Below, in pieces: positions 9,292 through 17,945 of a DNA stretch of 64,000 nucleotides (position 1 is the stretch's first letter; each line of letters begins with the position of its first letter). Made by a program: the position numbers and the translations under genes. The DNA comes from Candidatus Omnitrophota bacterium (GTDB lineage Bacteria > Ratteibacteria > UBA8468 > MWAK01). The stretch is taken from NCBI GenBank assembly GCA_043826355.1, contig JBDRQI010000030.1, forward strand, positions 1 to 64,000, read 5' to 3'. A model generated the notes under the pieces. That model saw only the letters and a list, made by a program, of their open reading frames with translations. It was not told where the DNA came from and searched no databases.

Positions 9292-9521
9292 TGATTGATA
9301 ATAGGATTATTTTCAGGAGGGTTGAAGTTTTCATCGTACAGGATCTTTTTTGTTTTGTTAAGGGGGCCGAAAATCGGTTTCTTACCAGTCAGTTTTTCAT
9401 ATTTCCATTGCGCAAAAATAACTTCAGCAAGACCGCGGCATCCATCCCTGATTTCCGTGGCTTCTTCATCAGACATATTTGAATCTTTCAATAATTCTTT
9501 TACGCGTTCAATACTTAACAT
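9288..9521 (-). CDS. Small CPR-like protein upstream of the recombinase (candidate RDF)
   Basis: MLSIERVKELL...SDEEATEIRD...LAEVIF; GGGGA RBS; ATGA overlap with the recombinase start. Confidence 0.65.
   Translation of the reverse strand: MLSIERVKELLKDSNMSDEEATEIRDGCRGLAEVIFAQWKYEKLTGKKPIFGPLNKTKKILYDENFNPPENNPIINQ
9333..9361 (-). promoter_or_regulatory. Putative sigma70 promoter for the recombinase, embedded in the upstream ORF
   Basis: TTAACA-17-TACGAT on the minus strand. Confidence 0.45.
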
Positions 9522-9644
9522 GGTCTTTTCCCCCTAAATGTAAAGGAACTGGAGAAGAAACAAAGACGGGAGAAATAGTCTCCAGCACAAATTCGACCGT
9601 CTTTGATTGTGTTCTCTTTCCGCCAGTATGAAGAAACAAAGATT

Positions 9645-10379
9645 ATGTCTGATTATTTCAAGAACTGGTGGAGGCCCTTGTGGTCCGGTCTGATGATTGA
9701 CCTTGACGGAAAACATTCCAAACAGATGAAAACAAGCGTCTGGCTGTTTCTCTATTTCCTGGTAACGGCCGATTCCCTGACCGGAACCCTGGTCAAGACT
9801 TACGCGGAGATAAGCCGGGAAACGGGCCGGAAAGAAAAGACCATCCGGAAATGGATGCATAATTTGGTGAGAAAAGGGTATGTTACGGTCAAAAGAAGGA
9901 GGGAAGGCCTGTCTGTCTCTATCAAGCGGTGGAAAAGTTTTGATAACTGCCCCGATCAGGGTATTACCCGGAAAGAAAATGCTCCAAAAAGGGCAATCAA
10001 CCTGCCCCAATTGGAGCAGATAGAAAAGAAGCAAAAAAGTGAAAAATCCCTTTATTCAAGCCGAAAAACGAAAGAAGAAGGAAGTTTTGCCGATAAACGT
10101 AACGTTATAAGAGATAATAATAATATCGTTAACGTTAAGGAACCGATTTCTTTTAAGGATTATTCTCCCAAGACCAGCGAAGAACTTTTAGCCCTGGATT
10201 TGGCCCAATCTTTAAATGACCTTAAAAGTTTGAATTTCTATCTTTCGGTTTCCGGAAAATATCCGGAAGAACTTTTAAGAAGAATCTGCAACCAGGTAAG
10301 GGAAATTCCTACAGAGAAGATTAAGAAATCAAAAGGAGCGTTGTTTACTTATCTGCTTAAAAATACGGTCGGGAAATAG
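9645..10379 (+). CDS. Winged-helix replication initiator-like protein
   Basis: TYAEISRETG...TIRKWMHNLVRKGYV wHTH, low-complexity linker, C-terminal helical domain (KGALFTYLLK). Confidence 0.65.
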   Translation: MSDYFKNWWRPLWSGLMIDLDGKHSKQMKTSVWLFLYFLVTADSLTGTLVKTYAEISRETGRKEKTIRKWMHNLVRKGYVTVKRRREGLSVSIKRWKSFDNCPDQGITRKENAPKRAINLPQLEQIEKKQKSEKSLYSSRKTKEEGSFADKRNVIRDNNNIVNVKEPISFKDYSPKTSEELLALDLAQSLNDLKSLNFYLSVSGKYPEELLRRICNQVREIPTEKIKKSKGALFTYLLKNTVGK

Positions 10380-10436
10380 GAAACCGCTGCCCTTGACGTT
10401 TCTTCTGTTTTATGGCATAGTCAGGGACGTCGTGAG

Positions 10437-10609
10437 TGCGCTTCCTCCTCGATCTACCCCTTCTTTATTTCCAACCTGAAGTCCGTCTAAATACATTTTT
10501 TTCACCTGTATCCCTTAAGATATGGGTTTTTCTTGTTTGCGTGTTCACGCAAATCCTTCCGAATAGGCAGGCAGATAAAGAAGAGATAGTCTGGGGATAA
10601 ATTCGCGCA
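10437..10609 (+). other. Long imperfect stem-loop (structured leader, ncRNA or ssDNA origin)
   Basis: 10437-10478 pairs imperfectly with 10564-10609; internal hairpin TTTGCGTG/CACGCAAA at 10536-10553; TTGACG-17-CATAGT promoter at 10393-10421. Confidence 0.5.
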
Positions 10610-10624
10610 ACCCTTCCGATTTTT

Positions 10625-10906
10625 ATGGAAAACCTTAAAAGGATAGAAAACAGAATCTGGAAATACAGAACAGTCAGAGGACTAAAGCAAAGCGAGCTGG
10701 CTTTTTTGATCGGCCAGAAGAACTCGGGCCAGGTTTCCCGTTATGAAAGAGGCCTGGTAATTCCCACCCTGGAACAACTGACGAAGATTTGTTTTGGCCT
10801 GGAGACCGAGATCAAAGATCTGTATCCGGATTTAATCGCAAAATGGCGCCGGGAAATAGAAGTAAAGAAAACAGGATTGGGGAAAGCAGGGAATAAAATC
10901 TCTTAA
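10625..10906 (+). CDS. XRE-family HTH regulator
   Basis: NRIWKYR..RGLKQSELA...VSRYERG..IPTL. Confidence 0.9.
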   Translation: MENLKRIENRIWKYRTVRGLKQSELAFLIGQKNSGQVSRYERGLVIPTLEQLTKICFGLETEIKDLYPDLIAKWRREIEVKKTGLGKAGNKIS

Positions 10907-10910
10907 ATTT

Positions 10911-11513
10911 ATGTCCAATCAAAATAAATCCTTCAAAATCCTTGCCGTCAGACCCGGAACTAAATACTTAGGAATAGCGGTATTGGACGATCAAAATTTA
11001 GTCTATTGGAAGATTAAACTGATAAGAGAGAGAAAAATACCCACCGCTCAGGCTTTAAAGAAACTCAAAATTATTCTCAATCAACTCATTGATTTCTGGT
11101 CCCCTCGGGTAATAGCAGTAGAAGATATCGTTTATGTCCAGGCAAAGAAAAGCGCTCTGTTAAATATTCTGGCTGAAGAGATTAAAAACATCGGCAAAGA
11201 AAAGAGAGTGAAGGTTTATTTTCACCCTCCTCTTTCCACCCGGAAATTTATCTGCCAGAAAGAGAAACCGACCAAAATGAACGTTGCGAAAATCCTGGCC
11301 ACCCATTGTTACCCCTGGCTCAGCAGAAATTACGAAAAGGAAAGGAAAAAATCCTGGTGGCAAGCAAAATATAAATTGAGAATTTTTGATGCCATTGCCG
11401 TAGGACTGTTTTGTCTTCATCAACTAAAAAGAAAATCACCAAAATTCTGGTCTATGGCCTATTTGAAGAAGAAAAAAACAGTCCTGAAAAGAATTGATTT
11501 TAAGTCTCTGTGA
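10911..11513 (+). CDS. RuvC-fold protein, first catalytic Asp replaced by Arg
   Basis: ILAVRPGTKYLGIAVL (DPG to RPG), IAVED, IFDAIAVG. Confidence 0.75.
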   Translation: MSNQNKSFKILAVRPGTKYLGIAVLDDQNLVYWKIKLIRERKIPTAQALKKLKIILNQLIDFWSPRVIAVEDIVYVQAKKSALLNILAEEIKNIGKEKRVKVYFHPPLSTRKFICQKEKPTKMNVAKILATHCYPWLSRNYEKERKKSWWQAKYKLRIFDAIAVGLFCLHQLKRKSPKFWSMAYLKKKKTVLKRIDFKSL

Positions 11514-11589
11514 AGGGCGATCGAAAACCAAATAGTTATCCACAACCCCGCCTTGTTTTTATCTCTAAATATATTAGTATTAAATATAT

Positions 11590-12111
11590 ATGAAATTAAA
11601 ACATAGTAAACGTTTACTCCTAATTTTTTCTTATTTACTAGTTGGATTTTTAGTGGTTGTTGCTGTAAGAGCTTTTACGGGTCCAACTCAAAATCCTCCG
11701 GGCGGTAATCCATCTTGGCCTAAGATCAATTCAGTTGTCGGCACAACAGACATACTCACTAATTCCACTTCGTATGTTGATATGACGGATATGACTTACA
11801 CTGATACTTTTGCAGCTGGGAATGCCCTAATTTTATTTAAAGCCAGTATTTATCTGAAGAATCCTTATTACGTCTATTGCGGTTTGTATATTGACGATGT
11901 GTTAGTAGATACAACGCGATTGGCAACAAGACACGACAATCAATCTGGCGGTGAATGGACTGGTGATCAAGACGCGATGATCACGCATACTGCGACTCTA
12001 TCCGCAGGACCTCACACTATAAAAGTTAAGTGGAAAGTTACTGGCAGTACGTTCAATCAGTATGGGACTATAACGCCAAGGAAATTAACCATAATTAGAG
12101 GATTAAATTAA
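11590..12111 (+). CDS. Secreted/membrane-anchored beta-rich protein (CPR-like)
   Basis: N-terminal hydrophobic segment then AFTGPTQNPPGGN; C-terminal LSAGPHTIKVKW beta-sandwich. Confidence 0.7.
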   Translation: MKLKHSKRLLLIFSYLLVGFLVVVAVRAFTGPTQNPPGGNPSWPKINSVVGTTDILTNSTSYVDMTDMTYTDTFAAGNALILFKASIYLKNPYYVYCGLYIDDVLVDTTRLATRHDNQSGGEWTGDQDAMITHTATLSAGPHTIKVKWKVTGSTFNQYGTITPRKLTIIRGLN

Positions 12112-13434
12112 ATGAAAATACTTAAAGGTTTCACCCTCGTCGAGATGTTAATTGTCTTAGGCATTGTGGCTATCTTAGTAGCTGTAGTTGTCTCTGTGCT
12201 TAACCCAGCTGAGTTCTTCAGACAAACCAGGGATTCCAGGCGTCTGAGTGATTTAAATCAATTAGACCAGGCTCTTAATCTGGCTACCTTAGATAATGTC
12301 TCCATGGGAACAGCTAATGTGGTCTATGTCTCTGTGCCTGATGATTCAGCTGGAGCCACCACCACTTGCAGTACCTTAGGCCTCCCAGATATTGCTCCCT
12401 GGACCTATCAATGTTCTAATTCCACTAACTACCGTAAAGTTGATGGCACTGGCTGGGTCCCAGTTGATTTCTCTTCTCTAGTCACCGTTCCCAGCGCTCT
12501 CTCTGTTTTACCAGTTGATCCTACTAACTCTACTTCAACAGGTTTGTATTACACATATGTTAATGGTTCCTGGGAACTAACCACCTTATTCGAATCAACC
12601 AAATATTCCACCAAATACCTGGGAGTCACAGCCACTTCCACTGTGTATTCTTTGGGCAACCATACTAATATCTCACCTAATGCTATTGCCACCAGAACAG
12701 GCACAGGCGGAGGAGGCACCACTCAATACACTCTTACTGTCAATAAAACCGGAGATGGTTCAGGCACCGTTACCAGCAATCCTTCTGGCATTGATTGCGG
12801 TTCTACCTGCAGCTACGACTTTGATGATGACACTGAAGTCACTTTAACTGCTGAAGCCGCAGGAGGTTCTACCTTTACTGCTTGGTCAGGAGAAGGTTGT
12901 TCAGGCACAGGAACCTGTGTTGTTACCTTATCTGAAGATAGAGAAGTAACGGCTAATTTTGATGTGGCAGGGCCTCAGGCTGGATATATTGACCCTAATG
13001 GGGATGGTGATACGCTTCAATGGAGTCGCAATCCTGGTCCAACACACTATGGGGGGATAGACGACGGGGTGAGGTCGCCGGATACACCGGATACGGGAGA
13101 CTATATAGACGCAAACAGTGACTTTGTCACCGACAGATTTACAATGACATCAATTCCCGGTGTGTCGTCTGTATCTAACGTAACCGTGTGGGGATATGGT
13201 AGAAGTGATTTTTACCCTGACGATAAAGTCAATATCCGTATTTATATGGGCGGAGAATGGACTACCTCATCCTATTTTGCTTTCTCCGATTCCGACAGTT
13301 GGAGCTCTGTGTCTTTTGACGGAGAGTGGACGCAGGATGATTTAGATGGCATCCTGGTTGATGTGTTTTACACAAAAAACCTTGACCGGGCTTGGTTATA
13401 TGCCTTGTATGCAGAAGTAACTTACACCCAATAA
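12112..13434 (+). CDS. Type IV pilin-like protein with appended InlB-B-repeat-like and beta-rich domains
   Basis: Class III signal GFTLVEMLIVLGIVAIL; LNPAE..RDSRRLSDL; LPVDP; YTLTVNKTGDGSGTVTSNPSGIDCG repeat domain. Confidence 0.85.
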   Translation: MKILKGFTLVEMLIVLGIVAILVAVVVSVLNPAEFFRQTRDSRRLSDLNQLDQALNLATLDNVSMGTANVVYVSVPDDSAGATTTCSTLGLPDIAPWTYQCSNSTNYRKVDGTGWVPVDFSSLVTVPSALSVLPVDPTNSTSTGLYYTYVNGSWELTTLFESTKYSTKYLGVTATSTVYSLGNHTNISPNAIATRTGTGGGGTTQYTLTVNKTGDGSGTVTSNPSGIDCGSTCSYDFDDDTEVTLTAEAAGGSTFTAWSGEGCSGTGTCVVTLSEDREVTANFDVAGPQAGYIDPNGDGDTLQWSRNPGPTHYGGIDDGVRSPDTPDTGDYIDANSDFVTDRFTMTSIPGVSSVSNVTVWGYGRSDFYPDDKVNIRIYMGGEWTTSSYFAFSDSDSWSSVSFDGEWTQDDLDGILVDVFYTKNLDRAWLYALYAEVTYTQ

Positions 13435-13676
13435 GAATAATTGATTTAACCATACACGTTGCATCAGTGAGAATAAATAATGTTCCTTTTTAACGGTTCG
13501 AATAAGGTTTTGCGCTCAGGAGACCCTCTTTCGGAAATTTGAGGTTATGGGTTAAAATGATGGTTAAGTTTCAGGCGCCGGCAATAAACAGAAGAATATG
13601 TCCGGGAACTGTTCGGCGTTAAAGAACAAAAAAGAATATTCCATTGATTGACCGGACGAAAAAAAGGAGGATTCCT

Positions 13677-14432
13677 ATGTTGTGTCCTCACTGCGGTCAC
13701 AAAAACGAAGAGGGAATCAGGTTCTGTACCGGCTGCGGAGAACTGTTGGGTAAGAGAGCGCGGGGAAGACCGGCGGAAAGACCAACAACGGAGATAGAAG
13801 CACCGGAGGTAACTCAAACTCAAGCACCCAAAAATAGAAAGGGATTTTTATTCGGTCTCGCTGGATTTATCATCTTTGGTTTGGGCATCCTGTTTTTTTC
13901 AAGGATTTTGTCTCTACATCAACATCAAATTCCGTATCCTCCACATCCTCAAACAATTCCTTTTTCACCTCCTCCACCACCACCTCCTCCCCCTCCATCT
14001 TATCCCGTAGGTTCTTTACCTGAAGCCAAATCCTTATCTACACAAAAAAATGTTATCGATACATTACCTGTGGATCTTTCTGGGGAATGGAAGGGAACGG
14101 TGGTAGTACGATGGATAACTGAACCTGCCCAACTTTTTATCAAGCAAACCGGCCTTAAACTTTCCGGCGAAATAAATTTTGAAAATGTTGAGGAATATTT
14201 GGAAGGGGAAGTTAAAACCGATGGCCAATTTTTCTTGAGAGGGACAAGTTATCGCAGATTAAGCGGAGAAGGACCGTTTCATTTGGATACTTTTTATGGA
14301 AAGGTATCCAAGGATGGCTATTCAATAGCAGGTAACTATGAAGATGCTGCTGGTAATAAAGGAAATTGGGATGTTTCAAAGGTATCTGGTAATACTCAAA
14401 AGACAGAACAGAAACAAACAGAAAAGAACTGA
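13677..14432 (+). CDS. Zinc-ribbon membrane protein with poly-Pro linker
   Basis: CPHCG...FCTGCG, one TM, poly-Pro tract, extracellular beta domain; AGGAGG RBS. Confidence 0.8.
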   Translation: MLCPHCGHKNEEGIRFCTGCGELLGKRARGRPAERPTTEIEAPEVTQTQAPKNRKGFLFGLAGFIIFGLGILFFSRILSLHQHQIPYPPHPQTIPFSPPPPPPPPPPSYPVGSLPEAKSLSTQKNVIDTLPVDLSGEWKGTVVVRWITEPAQLFIKQTGLKLSGEINFENVEEYLEGEVKTDGQFFLRGTSYRRLSGEGPFHLDTFYGKVSKDGYSIAGNYEDAAGNKGNWDVSKVSGNTQKTEQKQTEKN

Positions 14433-14479
14433 CTATTCACCTGAAATTTTTGACAATTAGTGCATATCTGAGGAGGTCT

Positions 14480-15046
14480 ATGCCGGTATTGAAAAAAGAA
14501 CAGATTGTTGACGAGTGGTCCTTGCTAATCAGAGGTGCCCAGGGAAAGGCCGGGTACATCTTCGGCAACACCGGGAATCTCATAGACCAGACTGGTGTGC
14601 CAGATGTGAATGTGGAAAAAAGTAAATTGGCATTAAGCGGCAGTATCTTCGGTAAACTTTTCGGTGCAAAAAGGGATTGTCTGACTATTACCAATACCGA
14701 AAACCCAAAACTCAGACCCTACCAGATGTTTATCAGCGCCAGGGATTACGGCAACAACTTGGATATCTCCTGGTATCTGACTTACCGGTTAAGTTTCTGG
14801 CAAAAACTAACAGCGTTTTTTGCCTCTCTTCCTTTATTAGGTCTTCTTTTTATAAGCGAAAAAACGAGCAATCCGCGAATAGAATGGGTTCCAAATCTTA
14901 ATCTTTTTGACGAACAGGACTTGCGGGTCTATGTCACTAACGCTCATCACTGTCTTCTTGACGCGGTTGACAAACTGATGCTGGAACTGAATCAGGACCC
15001 GTCAAAGATAGACAGGAAGTCAAGAGGATTTTTGGGGATTTCGTAA
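14480..15046 (+). CDS. Hypothetical membrane protein
   Basis: GAGGAGG RBS; one hydrophobic segment. Confidence 0.7.
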   Translation: MPVLKKEQIVDEWSLLIRGAQGKAGYIFGNTGNLIDQTGVPDVNVEKSKLALSGSIFGKLFGAKRDCLTITNTENPKLRPYQMFISARDYGNNLDISWYLTYRLSFWQKLTAFFASLPLLGLLFISEKTSNPRIEWVPNLNLFDEQDLRVYVTNAHHCLLDAVDKLMLELNQDPSKIDRKSRGFLGIS

Positions 15047-15094
15047 TCTAAATAACAATATTGTCGAGATAATAGAAACTATCGAGGAGCAGAA

Positions 15095-15340
15095 ATGAGA
15101 AAACTTTCCATATTCGGTCTGGTATTTAATTTCTTAGGCACAGCGTTCTTGTCAAAAGGATTACTCCTAACCAATAAACAGATTGAACTGCTATCGGGCA
15201 CATACTGGGAACAAAATTTATACCTTAAGCAGTCTTTATTGGAAAGTCGAACTTGGGCTGCAGTGGGATTTGTTTTGATTGGTATTGGATTCATCATGCA
15301 GCTCATAACTGTTTGGAGAGGTTATCAAAGAAAGAAGTAA
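15095..15340 (+). CDS. Small 2-TM protein
   Basis: GAGGAG RBS; two hydrophobic segments. Confidence 0.6.
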   Translation: MRKLSIFGLVFNFLGTAFLSKGLLLTNKQIELLSGTYWEQNLYLKQSLLESRTWAAVGFVLIGIGFIMQLITVWRGYQRKK

Positions 15341-15389
15341 AAGATCTGTTTTCCACGATTGAGTTTGTATTATACCAAGATTACTCAAA

Positions 15390-17522
15390 ATGAATTTCTG
15401 GCAAAAATTATTCGGGGTTCGAAAAGAAGAATTACCAGAGATGGACGAAGATATTTCCACAGTACCTCAAATTCACTACGAAGATATCCCCGGCACTCTT
15501 GATCTCGGCTGGTACTACTCTGAAAACAAAGACGAGTACCAGATGGCTAAAATTAACCAAAAGGACAGGGCGACACATTTCTATGTCATCGGCGCCACCG
15601 GGACCGGCAAGACAAAGTTTCTGGAATTTCTGATCCAGCAGGATATTGAAAAGGGAAATGGTTTTGGAGTAATTGACCCGCACGGAGATTTGATTGATGA
15701 CATCAAAGGATTTCTCGCCTGCCGTTATAATGAGAATGAAGATGAAGAGGAAATATCAGAAAGAGTAGTTTTGATTGACCCCACCGATCCGAATTTCACC
15801 GTAACGTTCAATCCCTTAGAAAACCTTCCCAACGTTTCAATTGCAGAACAGACCAATGAACTGGTAGGTTCTTTCAAAAAAATATGGTCTGATTCTTGGG
15901 GTGTGCGGATGGAAGATCTGATGCGCAATTCTTTAATCGCCTTAGGAGAGGCCGGGTTTACCTTGGTTGAACTGCCTCGTTTTTTGACTACAAGGGCTTT
16001 CAGGGAGATAGTGTTAGAAAAAGTTAGCCACCCTATCGCCCAGGACTACTTCCGGAGGTTTGAAGTTTTAACAGACAGGGGTCAGATTACCTGGATTGAG
16101 CCGGTGATGAACAAGATAAACGCCTTCTTCTCTGACGAAAGGATAAGATACATCTTTTCTTCTCCCAAAAGTTCCTTTAACCTGCGGGAGATAATGGACC
16201 AAAAGAAGATACTCCTTATTAAATTAGACAAAGGAAAACTTAAGGACGCGGCTGATCTTCTAGGCTCTCTTCTTATGGCCAAGATTCAAATGGCAGCCTT
16301 TTCCCGAACAGACCTTCCGCAAAACAAACGGACTCCTTTTTATCTCTACATTGATGAGTTCCAAAATTTTGCCAGCGAATCATTCTCAGTCATTTTATCC
16401 GAAGCCAGAAAGTATGGCCTTTCCCTGATAATGGCCCACCAGACTCTATCCCAGATTTCTCCGGAACTCAGAAGCCTAATTTTGGGAAATGCCGGCATCC
16501 AGGTTTATTTCCGGATTAACCGCCAGGATGCCCAACTCTTGGCTAAGGAGGCCTTTGATTATTCCGGGTATGAGGTGAAATCAATCCATAGCACGCGGCC
16601 GGTCTTCTGGAGTTATGCCGAAGAATGGGAGCACAAGATTGGGGATCTGCAAAACTTATCGCCCAGAATTTGTTATGCCAAGCATAAGATTGAAGGAGGA
16701 GTCATACCCTTCCAGACAATGGAAATTGAACCAGCCTGCGAAAATTTAAAGATGGAAGAAGATGAATACCAGGAATTTCTAAAGACCATCCCATTCAGCA
16801 AGAAATATTTGGTGTCAAGAAAAGAGTTAACCGCTCTTGCTGACCAAAGGAATAAACTCATTGATGAAGAGATTGCGGCAAGACCTGTCAAAGAGAAGAA
16901 ATTGATTGAAGCACCCGTCAGGCCTTCTTTTGAAGAGATAGAAAAACTGATAAAGGAAGAGCTGCCGAGAGAAAGGATTGAAGTTAAGCTGCCGAAATTT
17001 GAAGAAGAGAAGAGAGAATCCCAACACCGCTATCTTCAGGCATTGATCAAGTGGATGGGCGAAGAGAAAGGCTACAAGGCTGTGGTTGAACAACCGACCC
17101 CTGACGGCCAGGGAAGGGTAGATGTGAGTCTGGAAAGGAACGGAAAGAAGATTGCCTGCGAAATTTCTTTAACCTCGACCGAGGAGCAGGAACTTAAAAA
17201 TATTGAAAAGTGCCTATCTTCCGGCTACGAAAAAGTAATTTTATGCTCACCAGAAAAAAAGATTCTGGAGAAAGTTGAATCTTTAGTCATTCAGAAACTT
17301 AAAGAGTCCGAACTAAAGAAAGTTCTATTTCTACAGCCCGAGGAACTGTTCTTCTTTCTGGAACAGGAGGGCGCCAGAGAGGTAGGCAGGGAAGAGAGAG
17401 TAAAAGGATACAAGGTGAAGGTTTCATACCAGCCGGTTAAAGAAACCGAGAAGGCGAGCAAGCGCGAGGCCGTAGCCGGTGTTATCTTGTCGGCTCTCCG
17501 GCGGTTGAAGGGAGGGAAGTGA
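15390..17522 (+). CDS. VirD4/TraD/HerA-like ATPase (T4CP-like) with C-terminal PD-(D/E)XK-like domain
   Basis: Walker A GATGTGKT, VIDPHGD, Walker B LYIDEFQN, SEARKYG, AHQ; tail VEQP...GRVDV...IACEIS. Confidence 0.85.
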   Translation: MNFWQKLFGVRKEELPEMDEDISTVPQIHYEDIPGTLDLGWYYSENKDEYQMAKINQKDRATHFYVIGATGTGKTKFLEFLIQQDIEKGNGFGVIDPHGDLIDDIKGFLACRYNENEDEEEISERVVLIDPTDPNFTVTFNPLENLPNVSIAEQTNELVGSFKKIWSDSWGVRMEDLMRNSLIALGEAGFTLVELPRFLTTRAFREIVLEKVSHPIAQDYFRRFEVLTDRGQITWIEPVMNKINAFFSDERIRYIFSSPKSSFNLREIMDQKKILLIKLDKGKLKDAADLLGSLLMAKIQMAAFSRTDLPQNKRTPFYLYIDEFQNFASESFSVILSEARKYGLSLIMAHQTLSQISPELRSLILGNAGIQVYFRINRQDAQLLAKEAFDYSGYEVKSIHSTRPVFWSYAEEWEHKIGDLQNLSPRICYAKHKIEGGVIPFQTMEIEPACENLKMEEDEYQEFLKTIPFSKKYLVSRKELTALADQRNKLIDEEIAARPVKEKKLIEAPVRPSFEEIEKLIKEELPRERIEVKLPKFEEEKRESQHRYLQALIKWMGEEKGYKAVVEQPTPDGQGRVDVSLERNGKKIACEISLTSTEEQELKNIEKCLSSGYEKVILCSPEKKILEKVESLVIQKLKESELKKVLFLQPEELFFFLEQEGAREVGREERVKGYKVKVSYQPVKETEKASKREAVAGVILSALRRLKGGK

Positions 17523-17937
17523 GAAGCTTGGCCAGTTTCTCAAGAGATTTCCTTGTTGGTTCGTGTCGGTGTTTTTCCCAGTCAGCTACTGTACTGACAT
17601 CAACCCCAAGGTAGCTGGCCAGGCCTTCCTGGCTTAAGCCAAGAAGTTTACGTCCGGCCCTTATTTTGCCCGGAAGATTTTCTGGCAGGAAATTAGGCGG
17701 TATGTACCCGATGAATGATATAATCTTGGGTATAAAACGGTCCAATGGAACAAATTTGTTCATCTCCCAATAGCCGACAGATGCCATACTGGTTCCGATT
17801 ATCCGGGCAACATCTTTTTGCCGGAGTTTTAGGTCAAGACGCTTCTTGCGCAAGTGATTTCCCAGAGTCTTCAGTTCCTTGGGATAGGCAGCCGGCAGAG
17901 GCCTTTTGGTTCGCAGGACGATTCGACAGAATGGCAA
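17482..17937 (-). CDS. Tandem double XRE-HTH protein at the element end
   Basis: Two HTH repeats (LRKKRLDLKLRQKDVA..; IRAGRKLLGLSQEGLA..WEK); probable TTG start at 17937. Confidence 0.75.
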   Translation of the reverse strand: MPFCRIVLRTKRPLPAAYPKELKTLGNHLRKKRLDLKLRQKDVARIIGTSMASVGYWEMNKFVPLDRFIPKIISFIGYIPPNFLPENLPGKIRAGRKLLGLSQEGLASYLGVDVSTVADWEKHRHEPTRKSLEKLAKLLTSLPSTAGEPTR

Positions 17938-17945
17938 CGCAGGAA

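Larger units (their letters stand above)
1..17945. mobile_element. Integrated element (ICE/IME- or prophage-like genomic island) inserted in comM; left end outside the window
   Basis: Contains a serine recombinase, Rep-like wHTH, T4CP-like ATPase, XRE regulators and defence cargo; more AT-rich than the flank; ends abruptly where a 5'-truncated comM resumes at the CPCG codons (17946). Confidence 0.88.

Noticed and set aside
10911..11513. TnpB/IscB/Cas12 or TIGR-Tas effector
   Set aside because: Only 200 aa; no Zn finger, HNH or Nop domain and no repeat array nearby
11536..11544. DnaA box as chromosomal oriC
   Set aside because: Single box inside an island; no dnaA/dnaN context
3425..13508. 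13-bp direct repeat GTTCGAATAAGGT (3425 and 13496) as att sites of a nested element
   Set aside because: A match of this length is expected by chance in ~18 kb and the flanks do not extend it; worth rechecking only if related elements break here
13968..14000. CCT/CCA tandem repeat
   Set aside because: Encodes a poly-proline linker
17745..17945. N-terminal part of the 248-aa ORF as real ComM sequence
   Set aside because: It is the antisense of the double-HTH gene; ComM similarity begins only at CPCG
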